DNA of 63,039 nucleotides, filler included, from Octopus bimaculoides (lineage: Eukaryota), in NCBI RefSeq assembly GCF_001194135.2. It is 5 parts of 5 records of this genome, joined end to end, with 100 filler letters (N's around TTAATTAATTAA, not from the genome) between each part and the next. Parts side by side here need not be neighbours in the genome. Positions count along the whole stretch, not along the records: positions 35,417 to 54,043 come from NC_068995.1; positions 54,144 to 56,710 come from NC_068998.1; positions 56,811 to 63,039 come from NW_026369870.1; 2 more parts are not named here. One strand, written 5' to 3'. Of the stretch, positions 51,657 to 63,039 are shown piece after piece. The notes beneath the pieces are model-generated. The model saw nothing but the letters and a program-made list of their open reading frames with translations. It was not told where the DNA came from and made no database searches. A program made the translations under genes and the position numbers. How positions within the stretch are numbered: the stretch's first letter is position 1; every line of letters starts with the position of its first letter.

Positions 51657-51717
51657 CATACATACATACATGCATACATACATACATACATACATGCATA
51701 CATACATACATACATAC

Positions 51718-51758
<41 letters not shown>

Positions 51759-51797
51759 ACACAAACACACAAACACACATTATCAACTTCATGTACT

Positions 51798-52244
51798 TAA
51801 CGCATATGCTTCGAGTATTTGTAGGGAAGCTGTTCCTGGCGTGGTGGAGAATGTTCTCTCAAAGCACTGAGTATAAAAACACTTAAAAGTCATGAACAGG
51901 CGAGACAATTCACCTTCAATCCCATCTAGGTGTGACGGACATCGATGTTTCGACAAGATCGGAGATGACATCGTGCACCCGACAGGATCAGAGATGAATT
52001 ACTTCGCCAGTCTTGGCGTGTAAACCAATTTAAATATAAAATAAAACCAGTAGTTGCGTAATAAACAGTACCAACCACATATACTTAAAGCATATGCTAT
52101 GCGTATTTGCCAGTATGCTGCTACTGGTGTGGTGGAGAACACTCTCTCAAAGCATTGGGTGTAAAAGCGCCTTAGAGTCATAGACAGGCAAGACAACTCA
52201 CCTTCAATCCTATTTAGGACTGATGGACATCGATGCTTGGCCAT
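51798..52244 (-). repeat. Diverged direct repeat with an exact 288-nt period
   Basis: About 150-nt indel-free copies (51802/52090; 51940/52228), roughly 75% identical. Confidence 0.9.
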
Positions 52245-52281
52245 TTTTGTGGCTGTTGTGGCCTGTATGTGTGTATGTTTG

Positions 52282-52343
<62 letters not shown>

Positions 52344-52754
52344 AAATTAAAACAGTAGGGTAAAAAATTGGATATTAATTAATATCAATTTAATACTAGG
52401 GAACAAGTACATTAAAAGAATCAAGGAGATTCAGAAAAAATATCTGAGATCTCAAAGGATATTGCATATGTATATATAAAAAGGAAACCACTAGGTGGAC
52501 TGTTAATGTGCTAGAAGAAGATCACGTAATGTGTCTACTAAGACCAAATTGTTCTCAAAGGAAATAACAAAAACATATACGGGCAAGACAAGTGAAAATT
52601 ACATATGCATATATACACACACAAGCACATACACCATTGAAAGGCATGATGGTGTGTTTTTGTCAGCCCCCAAATTTCATTACAGGTATGTGGAATGAAA
52701 TACGCAATATATATGAGAGTGAGACGGCCATCATCTCAACAGTGATTAAGGAGA

Positions 52755-52797
52755 ACACTAGACGCGTTTCGGCCTTCTCGGGCCTTGTCAGCAATGT
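52755..52797 (-). ncRNA. Minimal type I hammerhead-ribozyme-like motif (G8 to A)
   Basis: ACATTG-CTGACAA-GGCC-CGAGAA-GGCC-GAAAC-GC-GTC-TAGTGT; all three stems can form. Confidence 0.55.
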
Positions 52798-53145
52798 TTA
52801 CTCTTTAGTCATTTGCCTCGGCGAAATTCGTCTCTGCTGATATATAGGCGAACAGTAAGTAATACATTCACTGATTTTGGGGACAGCTTACATAAAATGC
52901 ACATTCCTGTTTATAATATAATATAAACTAGGACCACAATTTTAAAAGTAAATTACTCAATACAGAAAGTACAGTGGATATATTAATGGCTCTCATAAGC
53001 TTATACTTGTTTCCTTCGCTTTAGAATTTTTCTTCATGATTTCTCTCCCACTTTCTCTTTCTCTGTCTCTCTGTTTCTCTCTCTCTCTCTCTCTCGTGGA
53101 TATACGTTCAGAAATGTATGTATGTATGTATGCATGCATGCATGC

Positions 53146-53176
<31 letters not shown>

Positions 53177-53620
53177 TGTATGTATGTATGGATGGATGGA
53201 TGGATGGATGGATGCATGGATGTGTGTATGTATGTATGTATGAATGCATGCATGGATGTGTGTATGTATGTATGTATGTATGTATGTATGTATGTATGTG
53301 TGTATATACGTATAATTGTATTAAGAACAACTGATCTTTACACACAGACGCACAGAATAACAGCAATCAAATAACGACACCGGGAGTGCACAACAAACAT
53401 CAGTGATCTGACTGTCACATGTACTCTTGACAAGAGATGCCAGTTAGTCTTTTACATCTACCAGTCTCGTTTGTATTAGCCCGAGTTGCTGGATAAGTTT
53501 TCGTTCCCTTAAAAATATTGTAGAACGAAAATTTTTCATAAATTGGAATTTAAATCCTAATCTCTATAGAAATTGATTGTTTCAAGAAAACATTGAATTT
53601 GAATTACTTTTAACATTTAC

Positions 53621-53744
53621 GATTATAGATAACAACTCGGGCTGTAACTTCTGAGCCCGAATCAGGCGCGTGTGAACGATGTCAAGTGAACGTCTGCTAC
53701 AAATACTTTTTGACACAGGGCACCTCTCAGACGACTGCCAGACG
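53621..53744 (-). CDS. Candidate exon (phase 2-0), VWQSSERCPVSKSICSRRSLDIVHTRLIRAQKLQPELLSII
   Basis: Strong acceptor ttttatttatttccgttcag and donor ATC/gtaaat; CpG-rich. The opposite strand has a CERCQVNVC motif, so a TE origin is possible. Confidence 0.25.
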
Positions 53745-54631
53745 CTGAACGGAAATAAATAAAATGCGTCGAGGCTCAATAAAAGGAGCCCGAGTCATTG
53801 GCTGAAATTACATACTTGAAGTCAGTTTTGGCAGAAATTAAATCAGCTTGCAAATGCACGGGATCTCTTCAGTTCCGATCACAGATTTTTAAATTATTTT
53901 CTTTTAACTAAACAGTTTGAAAAAAAGCAAAGCGTGTAATATGCAACACAAGCAGTAAACAAAAATAAAATAGATCAAAGTGGTGTCATTTAATAGCGAT
54001 GACCCGGAAGTTGTTCCTCTTCAATTACTATCGCAAACAACATNNNNNNNNNNNNNNNNNNNNNNNNNNNNNNNNNNNNNNNNNNNNTTAATTAATTAAN
54101 NNNNNNNNNNNNNNNNNNNNNNNNNNNNNNNNNNNNNNNNNNNATATATATATATATATACATGTATACATACGCGTCTATACATTAAACACCTGCATAT
54201 TCGCAGGCATACATGCAACCACATGAACATGCACGCATACGAGGCACCACACTCCCCCACCCACACACATACATGCCACTGCCTTTGTGATGTATGCATG
54301 TGCGTATATATATGTGTGTGTGTTGAATGTGTAAAAATTCATACACACACATACACATATATAATTACATACATGTGTTTACATACACGAATATACACAA
54401 ATGTTGATATATCTGATTAGGTAAACACAGCCATTGTTGAGAGAGAGATAGAGAGGGTGAGAGAGAGTAAGTAACTGAGTGAGTGAATGGATGAGTGAGT
54501 GATAAATTGGGATATTGAGACTGTCTCTCTCGCTCTGCGCATCCTATCTCTTCTCTCTCAGTCTCTGTCTTTCTGCCTCCTTGTCTCTTTCTCTCTCTCT
54601 CTCGGTCTTTCTTTCTTTCTTTCTTTCTTTT

Positions 54632-54667
<36 letters not shown>

Positions 54668-55540
54668 CCTCTATCTTTGAATATTTTAATAAACAGCAAG
54701 TGAAGAGGCAGACAACGAGAAGCTACAACAAATAAAGATATAATCCTACACAAACAGCATCCATCTTGTTTTGTTTTATTTCGTCTGATTTATCTGATAA
54801 ATTGATTGATTTCCTTCTATATTATTGTTCATTGTTGATTTTTATATATCGATAGTGGGGTGGGGGCTACAATAGGTTGTTAAACCACATGCTATATCCT
54901 TTCAAAATGAGAGATGACAACATGGTTTCCATCCCGGCTAAAAGTCATTTGATTTATCTTAGAGTAAATATTTCCTGTACAAAAAAATAAATAAATAAAT
55001 AAATAAAATGAAAAGAATTATAATTCGTACAGTGACAACGACATAATCCCAATGTACGCGGCTTTAGCTAATGGGTGGATTAAGTCGCACACTGCGTTCA
55101 AATTCTGTTGACATTTACTTTGTTCTTTCTCATTTTGGAGATGAAATATATGCAGAAACTGTCATATTCAAAAATAGAAAATATAAGTTCGTTAGCTCTA
55201 GATGGAATGGCCATCACCGAAGACAGTCTTTAGATTGGTAAAACTTTAATATTATATTTCTGTTTCTATGCAGAACATTATTTATAAATGCATGTACAAT
55301 AGAGTCGTACCAATAGGTTTACGTGAATTTTACGATGTAGACGTATATTTGAAAGTTGATAAACAACTTTAATTATACCTCGTGGCAATTATTTCTCAAT
55401 AAAGATATTAACATAAAGAATAGAAAATACAAGGATAATTGTTGTCACATTTAAAAGAATGTACAAACAGAAAGAATATTGAGGTGTATCATACGTGTGT
55501 GTAAGAGAGAGAGAGAGAGAGAGAGAGAAAGAGCGTGAAC

Positions 55541-55596
<56 letters not shown>

Positions 55597-55659
55597 TATA
55601 TATAGGTATATATATAGGTATATATAGGTATATATAGGTATATATAGGTATATTTTTTT

Positions 55660-55695
<36 letters not shown>

Positions 55696-56673
55696 GTACA
55701 TACACATAATGCACATATGTATATGTTTCTGTGTATGTGTGTGCATGTATACATATATTAATCTATAAATATTCATACATGTATATGTGTGTTTGTGTGT
55801 GCATACACCCATGTATTTTAGTGCAAATGTATATATTATGATTCAAAGCCTCCGTATATACAATTCCACATTTTACACAGTATGTCGTTCGTGTGTGAAT
55901 TTAATAAAGAATTTTTTTAAAAAATCAAAGAAGCAGACGATACAAAAATGGCTGCGGTAAAAAGGGCGAAGAAAAGAAAAAAAAAAAAAAAAATTAGCAA
56001 GCCAAAAGCAATAAGAAAGAAAATTTCGCAGAAAAAGTCTAATATATTCTTTGTAAAAAATAATAACGAATAAAAACGAATAAAGCGACAGTTTTAAGGA
56101 GGGTATACATGTTGAAATAATAATCTGGTATCAACAACTGAGTAAAAAGACGTGAAGAAATCTGCTTGTAATCAGATAAAGGATTTTTGCACGAGATGTG
56201 ATTTTTCTTCAATTTCCATGTTAACAATAACTGCAGTGTGAGGTGTAGGTGATCATTTACATCTGTATACACGTATGTGTCTGTGTTTCTCTCTCTATAT
56301 ATATATTGTGTTTATGCGTGTGTGTTTCTTTTCTTACGTTACTGCTTTTACTGTCTTGGCAATCAGTCAAGCTAACTTTCACACCAATTTCGGTTCTGGC
56401 ATATATTTCTTTCCTACGGTTATGAATTATGACAATATATATATTCGTAAGTACATAACTAACACCTGAGCCTCACTTTTTAGATACCTACCTTGCTACA
56501 TACATATACATATATATACACACGCATGCAAACATACATATATAGATATTGATATATACATATATACATACGTACTTACATATATGTGAATGTACATATA
56601 TGAAAATATCAATTTATTTCTAATATGTACATACGAAAATATAGATACAAGCATGTACGTGAATGTACGCACG

Positions 56674-56710
<37 letters not shown>

Positions 56711-56890
56711 NNNNNNNNNNNNNNNNNNNNNNNNNNNNNNNNNNNNNNNNNNNNTTAATTAATTAANNNNNNNNNNNNNNNNNNNNNNNNNNNNNNNNNN
56801 NNNNNNNNNNCGATTTGTTCGACTAAAACCCTCCAAGGTTGCACCCCTGCATGGCCGCAGCCAAATAACTGAAACGAGTAAAAGATAAAA

Positions 56891-56931
<41 letters not shown>

Positions 56932-57469
56932 AGATCAGTGATTCTAAGCCGGGATCGGTATCATCGCTGGGGATCCATATAAGATGATTCTTGACGTCAC
57001 ACAAGAAAATAGTTAACTGGGAATCCACAACACTATTTTAAGCGGACTTGAAAAAATTTTGCATTAGATTTATGCATTGGTATGTATTGCGAGAAACAAC
57101 AGACCTAAATCAACATTAAAAATATATATACAACTATATGTCTAAAATGCGATATTGAAAAGTATATATACATATAGTATATATATAAAATCATATGTAT
57201 ACACACACACACACACACACTACGATATATGTAAATAGATAGATAGCTAGATAGAGAGATAGATAGACAAACAGACAGACAGACAGATACATACATACAT
57301 AAATATAGATATAGTTATATATGAAAATATATAGTTATTTACAAGCACATCAAAGTTTTCCATTTACATGTATGCTTGCTCATGTATTTTATCATATTAA
57401 AGAGGTATACACGCGCATGTCTGTGTCGATATGTAATATATGTTCGTCTTTAAATATATATAAACATAT

Positions 57470-58272
57470 AGGCGCAGGAGTGGCTGTGTGGTAAGTAGCT
57501 TGCTTACCAACCACATGGTTCCGGGTTCAGTCCCACTGCGTGGCACCTTGGGCAAGTGTCTTCTACTATAGCCTCGGGCCGACCAAAGCCTTGTGAGTGG
57601 ATTTGGTAGACGGAAACTGAAAGAAGCCCGTCGAATATATGTGTATATATATATATATATATGTGTGTGTGTTTGTGTGTCTGTGTTTGTCCTCCTAGCA
57701 TTGCTTGACAACCGATGCTGGTGTGTTTATGTCCCCGTCACTTAGCGGCTCGGCAAAAAGAGACCGATAGAATAAGTACTAGGCTTACAAAGAATAAGTC
57801 CCGGGGTNNNNNNNNNNNNNNNNNNNNNNNNNNNNNNNNNNNNNNNNNNNNNNNNTATATAAACATATAGGCGCAGGAGTGGCTGTGTGGTAAGTAGCTT
57901 GCTTACCAACCACATGGTTCCGGGTTCAGTCCCACTGCGTGGCACCTTGGGCAAGTGTCTTCTACTATAGCCTCGGGCCGACCAAAGCCTTGTGAGTGGA
58001 TTTGGTAGACGGAAACTGAAAGAAGCCCGTCGAATATATGTGTATATATATATATATATATGTGTGTGTGTTTGTGTGTCTGTGTTTGTCCTCCTAGCAT
58101 TGCTTGACAACCGATGCTGGTGTGTTTATGTCCCCGTCACTTAGCGGCTCGGCAAAAAGAGACCGATAGAATAAGTACTAGGCTTACAAAGAATAAGTCC
58201 CGGGGTTGATTTGCTCGACTAAAGGCGGTGCTCCAGCATGGCCGCAGTCGAATGACTGAAACAAGTAAAAGA
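57470..58272 (+). mobile_element. SINE family B, young copy, represented twice across a gap
   Basis: 57456-57807 is identical to 57860-58207; the full tail ends at about 58272. Confidence 0.9.
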
Positions 58273-58379
58273 GTATATATAACAAAAAAAAAAGAATAAA
58301 GATGCTTCCTCGTGTCACATAGATTCATAGATTCATACGTAGAATATATATTTATTCCTTGGAAGGGTCGCCAGTCCCT

Positions 58380-58520
58380 CGTAGGTATACTCACTTTAAA
58401 CAGCTGAAGCAACGTGAAATGAAGTGTTTTGCCGAAGAACATAGCGCGTCGCCCTGTCCAGGAATCGAAAGTAGAACCTTACGATTTTGAGTCCGACATC
58501 ATAACCGCTAAGCCAAGTGC
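58380..58520 (-). mobile_element. SINE C-like head
   Basis: Similar to 6860-6990. Confidence 0.6.
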
Positions 58521-59050
58521 CCCCACATGGATTAACGGATTAACTGTGTATGTGTGTATGTGTGTGTGTGTGTTTGTGTACGTGTGTGTGTGTGTGTAGC
58601 TAGATAGCTAACTAGATACATACATACATACATACATAGTTATAGACAACAATATTATATGTGCAAATATATATATAGAGGTGTAAGTATATACGAGTGG
58701 ATATACCTGTGTTATGAAATGTAAATGTTGTCTGTGACTTCATCAATCAGATAGACGATGCCAACTAAGAGATTTTTCCTTGTTAAAATAAAATATATTA
58801 AGTGAAGCTTTCAACTAGTTTTTCGCCGTCTTTATCTACAAAATAAAACATCTATATACACACATGCACATACACATATATATCCATATACACACACACA
58901 CACAAATATATACATACATGCGTACATATATATACATGTATATGTATTTGTATATATATATATATGTATGTATATATATATATATATATTTCATTTCATT
59001 TTCATTTTATCCAGTTTCAGCTCATGAGCTGTGGCCATGCTGGGGCACCG

Positions 59051-59081
<31 letters not shown>

Positions 59082-59935
59082 NNNNNNNNNNNNNNNNNNN
59101 NNNNNNNNNNNNNNNNNNNNNNNNNNNNNNNNNNNNNNNNNNNNNNNNNNNNNNNNNNNNNNNNNNNNNNNNNNNNNNNNNNNNNNNNNNNNNNNNNNNN
59201 NNNNNNNNNNNNNNNNNNNNNNNNNNNNNNNNNNNNNNNNNNNNNNNNNNNNNNNNNNNNNNNNNNNNNNNNNNNNNNNNNNNNNNNNNNNNNNNNNNNN
59301 NNNNNNNNNNNNNNNNNNNNNNNNNNNNNNNNNNNNNNNNNNNNNNNNNNNNNNNNNNNNNNNNNNNNNNNNNNNNNNNNNNNNNNNNNNNNNNNNNNNN
59401 NNNNNNNNNNNNNNNNNNNNNNNNNNNNNNNNNNNNNNNNNNNNNNNNNNNNNNNNNNNNNNNNNNNNNNNNNNNNNNNNNNNNNNNNNNNNNNNNNNNN
59501 NNNNNNNNNNNNNNNNNNNNNNNNNNNNNNNNNNNNNNNNNNNNNNNNNNNNNNNNNNNNNNNNNNNNNNNNNNNNNNNNNNNNNNNNNNNNNNNNNNNN
59601 NNNNNNNNNNNNNNNNNNNNNNNNNNNNNNNNNNNNNNNNNNNNNNNNNNNNNNNNNNNNNNNNNNNNNNNNNNNNNNNNNNNNNNNNNNNNNNNNNNNN
59701 NNNNNNNNNNNNNNNNNNNNNNNNNNNNNNNNNNNNNNNNNNNNNNNNNNNNNNNNNNNNNNNNNNNNNNNNNNNNNNNNNNNNNNNNNNNNNNNNNNNN
59801 NNNNNNNNNNNNNNNNNNNNNNNNNNNNNNNNNNNNNNNNNNNNNNNNNNNNNNNNNNNNNNNNNNNNNNNNNNNNNNNNNNNNNNNNNNNNNNNNNNNN
59901 NNNNATATATATATATATACACAAATATATATGTA

Positions 59936-59968
<33 letters not shown>

Positions 59969-60439
59969 GTACTTTACTTTCGCTGATTATTGCCTCGACA
60001 AGCAACAACGGTTGAAATTCCTTTATCCTATATAACATTATGTAAAATTATTTTAGTCGCACTTTCTTTACATATTTCATGAGTAGCTTTATTGATCCAG
60101 AGTTTGAGCTATGTGAAATATATGTTTGATGAATAGTAAAGTATACGAAACTTGTTTAACGAAACTCATCTGACTCCCGGCATCTAAAAGTGTGTTTTCT
60201 TCATTCACAATATATATTATTCTCAGTTGTAAGTAAAATAGAAAAAAATAAAATGAACAAAAGCATTTGTTGTATGTAGTGTATAATACCTGAACATATA
60301 TACGTGCCCACACTCGTACATACGTATGTATGTACATACACATGAAAGGTTATCTATTTATCAATTTCTCTTGCTTTCTTTTGTCCTCTTTCACCATCTT
60401 TCTCCATTTGTATATCTCTATGTCTATGTATGGTTTTTG

Positions 60440-61690
60440 TGCAAACAAGATATAACGGCTGGGTACTCGTTATGACCGAGAGATGAAACAGCAGCTTAAT
60501 CGCTCAAATTTGAATGTTATGTATCTCGACTTCGTCAAGGATGTTGACAAAGTTGATCATGGGATTAATATGTCACAAATTGCGAGGCCTTAGTATCGCT
60601 GGAAAATGAGGAGAGAGTGGTTGCATGACTTTTTAAATGCTACTCTCACTCTCACTCTCTCCTCTCTCTCCCCCACCTCTGTCTCTCTCTATCTATCTCT
60701 CTCTCTCTGAGGAGGACATCAATTCGCAGTGGCGTCCCTCAAAGAACTGCACTGTGACCACTGCTATTTGCGGTTACGCTTTCAGACAAGCTCTCAACTA
60801 TACGGTCAGCCACTCTCACCTGCTATCCTGATGATTCACAAGTATCACAGGCAGTCAAGGACCCTGGTAACATACTAAAACTGCAAAACGACCTGAATGT
60901 AATATACAAATGAGAAATTTCAAGCACTCCACTATCGGCCCACAAACAAACTACAGTTGGAATACACAGGACCAGTGGGTTGTGCATCCCCAGACTCAGA
61001 GTCGGCAGGTGACCTGGGAATCCACATAAGTAATGGTGCATATTCGATGAGTAGCTAGATGGATCCTGAGATTATTTAGAGCAGGGGAAAAAGAGTCCAT
61101 GCTACTCTTATGGAGAACTTTCGTTTTTAGTCGTCTGAACTATAGCTCCCTACTGTGGTCACTGCAGAGCGTCAAAATGGTGACGGAAATTGTGATAATC
61201 TAGTGCAACTACACAAAGATTGACTCGGTGAAACAGATGAGCTACTGAAAGAGGCCAAGGGATCTGAAGTTCTACACCGTAGATTGAAGATTTGAAAGAT
61301 ATGCAGTGATATACATAAGCAAGATCTTGGAATGTCAACTCCCAAGTTTAGTATTGAATATTATACAAGCTACCGAACTGGCAAAGATCCCGGTCTAGAA
61401 TAATGAACCAATACTTTAATAGATTGGGTTTCAAGGGTCCACAAATATTCAAAACTCTGCCAAACAACCTCAGGGATTTGCAGGGTGGAGATCTTCAAAG
61501 AGCATCTGGACAAATTTCTATTTGAGCTGCCAGATAAATCCACGTCATGGCAGGAGGCACAAAAGAGAGCGGCTCCTCTCAACTCGCAAATTCACTAGAA
61601 ACTGTACAGAAAAGTAACCCGAACACACTGAAAAGTAGTGCTCCAGCATGGCGTTAGCCTCTGGTGGAAACCAGTAAAAGATGTAAAAAC
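60440..61690 (+). mobile_element. CR1-type LINE 3' portion with (CT)n expansion inside RT
   Basis: NVMYLDFVKDVDKVDHG..CHKLR...SGVPQ...CYPDD...WILRLFRA...RYAVIY, ending in the tail GTGCTCCAGCATGGC...GAAACCAGTAAAAGA. Confidence 0.85.
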
Positions 61691-61708
61691 AATTTGTGTA
61701 TAGATTAT

Positions 61709-62345
61709 GGATCTATTTCAAAACGGGGGCACCAGTTTTCATTTATGTTTTATGTAGTGTTTTTGGTACCGAAAGACTTTCAAACTTCGTATACTTATCT
61801 ATTTTGTGTTATAGAACAGAAAAATATTTTTGTATTCGAATTTATTTCATGTAAAAAATTGTCTTATTTCGATGATTTCTACTAATCACTGACGTCTATT
61901 CAGTTGAAAACAGTTAGCGCTGTAATGGTGTATATCGTATTAATCCCCTAACCCTAACCCTAACCCTAACCCTAAAACTAACCCTAACTCTAGAATCCGA
62001 ACTCTAAAATTGTTACACACATAGATACGCACAGCGTAATTTATTATATAAACAATATATGCGTATAAATTACGATTAAACCGGATGAAATATGTCACAG
62101 AGAATAACATTTTTATGACCGCCCAGCAATAACTATATTCAGCTGAATAGACGTCAGTGATTGGTTGAAATTACAGAAATACGACAACTTTAACATGGAA
62201 TAACTTGCGATGTACATTTTTTTGTTAAGAAGACTAAGAGTAAAAGATGTTTTATATGACACATTCTACCAGTGTCCCAAGTTTCAAAGTGTTTCGTTAG
62301 TGTTTCGTTATGAAAATACTGGTGCCCCCGTTTTGAAATAGATCC
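61709..62345. mobile_element. Non-autonomous TIR element with internal (CCCTAA)n
   Basis: About 33-bp TIRs GGATCTATTTCAAAACGGGGGCACCAGT, a second inner inverted pair (61885-61910 / 62138-62162) and telomere-like hexamers at 61946-61990. Confidence 0.85.
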
Positions 62346-62808
62346 TAGGTTATATATCTACACATACACATATAAACATATACGCACATATATGCATATA
62401 CGTGAATATATATATATTCCACCCCCCACTTCCCCTTCATGTGAAGTCTCTACTCCCTTCATGCACCTTGTCAATAGCCTAGCATCTATATTCTGATTTC
62501 CGTATCCTGAGGGTATGTCCCGGCACTTTTCCACCACTTATATCTCCCTTGCTCTACTCTACCGTACCATTTATATTCTGATCCCCGTTCCTTGTGAGCA
62601 TGCCTTAGCACTTCGCCACCATTTCTCTCCTGCTCTTTCCCTCTTACACTCTGCCTCTCTTCCATTCTCTCTCTCTCTCTCTGTCTCTCTCTCTCTCTCT
62701 CTGTCTCTCTCTTTATTTCTCTCTCTCTCTTTCTCTTGCTCTCTCCGTCTGACTGGTTAACCGTGTATCTCCTCTACAGTAACACACCTGTCCTGGCCTC
62801 AATCTTGA

Positions 62809-62852
<44 letters not shown>

Positions 62853-63039
62853 CCCTCTTTTTCTCTCTCTCCTTTCTCTCCCCCCTTCTCTCTCTCTGAC
62901 CGAGTAACCGTGTATCTCCTCTATAGCAAGACACCTGTTTCTGTCACTCTGTCACACTCTAACCTTTCATCCGCTGACACAAGATCACCTCTAATATTCC
63001 AACCCTCTCAAAGGATATTTGCCTTGCAAGTTACTTGGT

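Noticed and set aside
57456-58207. Apparent tandem SINE B pair
   Set aside because: Base-for-base identical, including flank, on either side of a short gap: a false duplication.
58245-58272. SINE B tail AGTC-GAAT-GACT-GAAAC-AA-GTA resembling the 3' half of a hammerhead
   Set aside because: No CUGANGA core upstream, and tail-only copies lack the GUA; better explained as a LINE recognition hairpin.

Overview
AT-rich, gap-riddled eukaryotic draft-assembly window. The SINE families and the dense compound microsatellites point to a cephalopod, most likely Octopus (inference). Most ORFs in the supplied track are microsatellite or N-gap artefacts. Most identifiable sequence is decayed mobile DNA: three tRNA-headed SINE families (my labels A, B, C), CR1-type, RTE and Tx1/L1-like LINE fragments, Penelope-like elements (RT and GIY-YIG remnants), Gypsy gag and integrase fragments, Tc1/mariner, Tigger, hAT, piggyBac-like and unclassified MITEs. 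Host-gene signal is sparse. There is a 187-codon splice-bounded terminal exon on + (18201-18763, no family recognised) and a minus-strand exon encoding a Cys/N-glycosylation-rich loop plus a transmembrane helix (30604-30775). Weaker exon candidates suggest two convergent genes ending near 18.8 and 19.4 kb. The most interesting signals are: (1) several minimal, dimer-type hammerhead-ribozyme-like motifs with intact stems but non-canonical cores in Penelope-like repeats; (2) a 3' stem-loop shared, with compensatory changes, between a CR1-type LINE and a SINE family; (3) a TSD-flanked fold-back insertion; (4) a SINE with twin-priming geometry; (5) a 288-nt in-frame tandem duplication. All family assignments were made by eye from remembered motifs; no searches were run.
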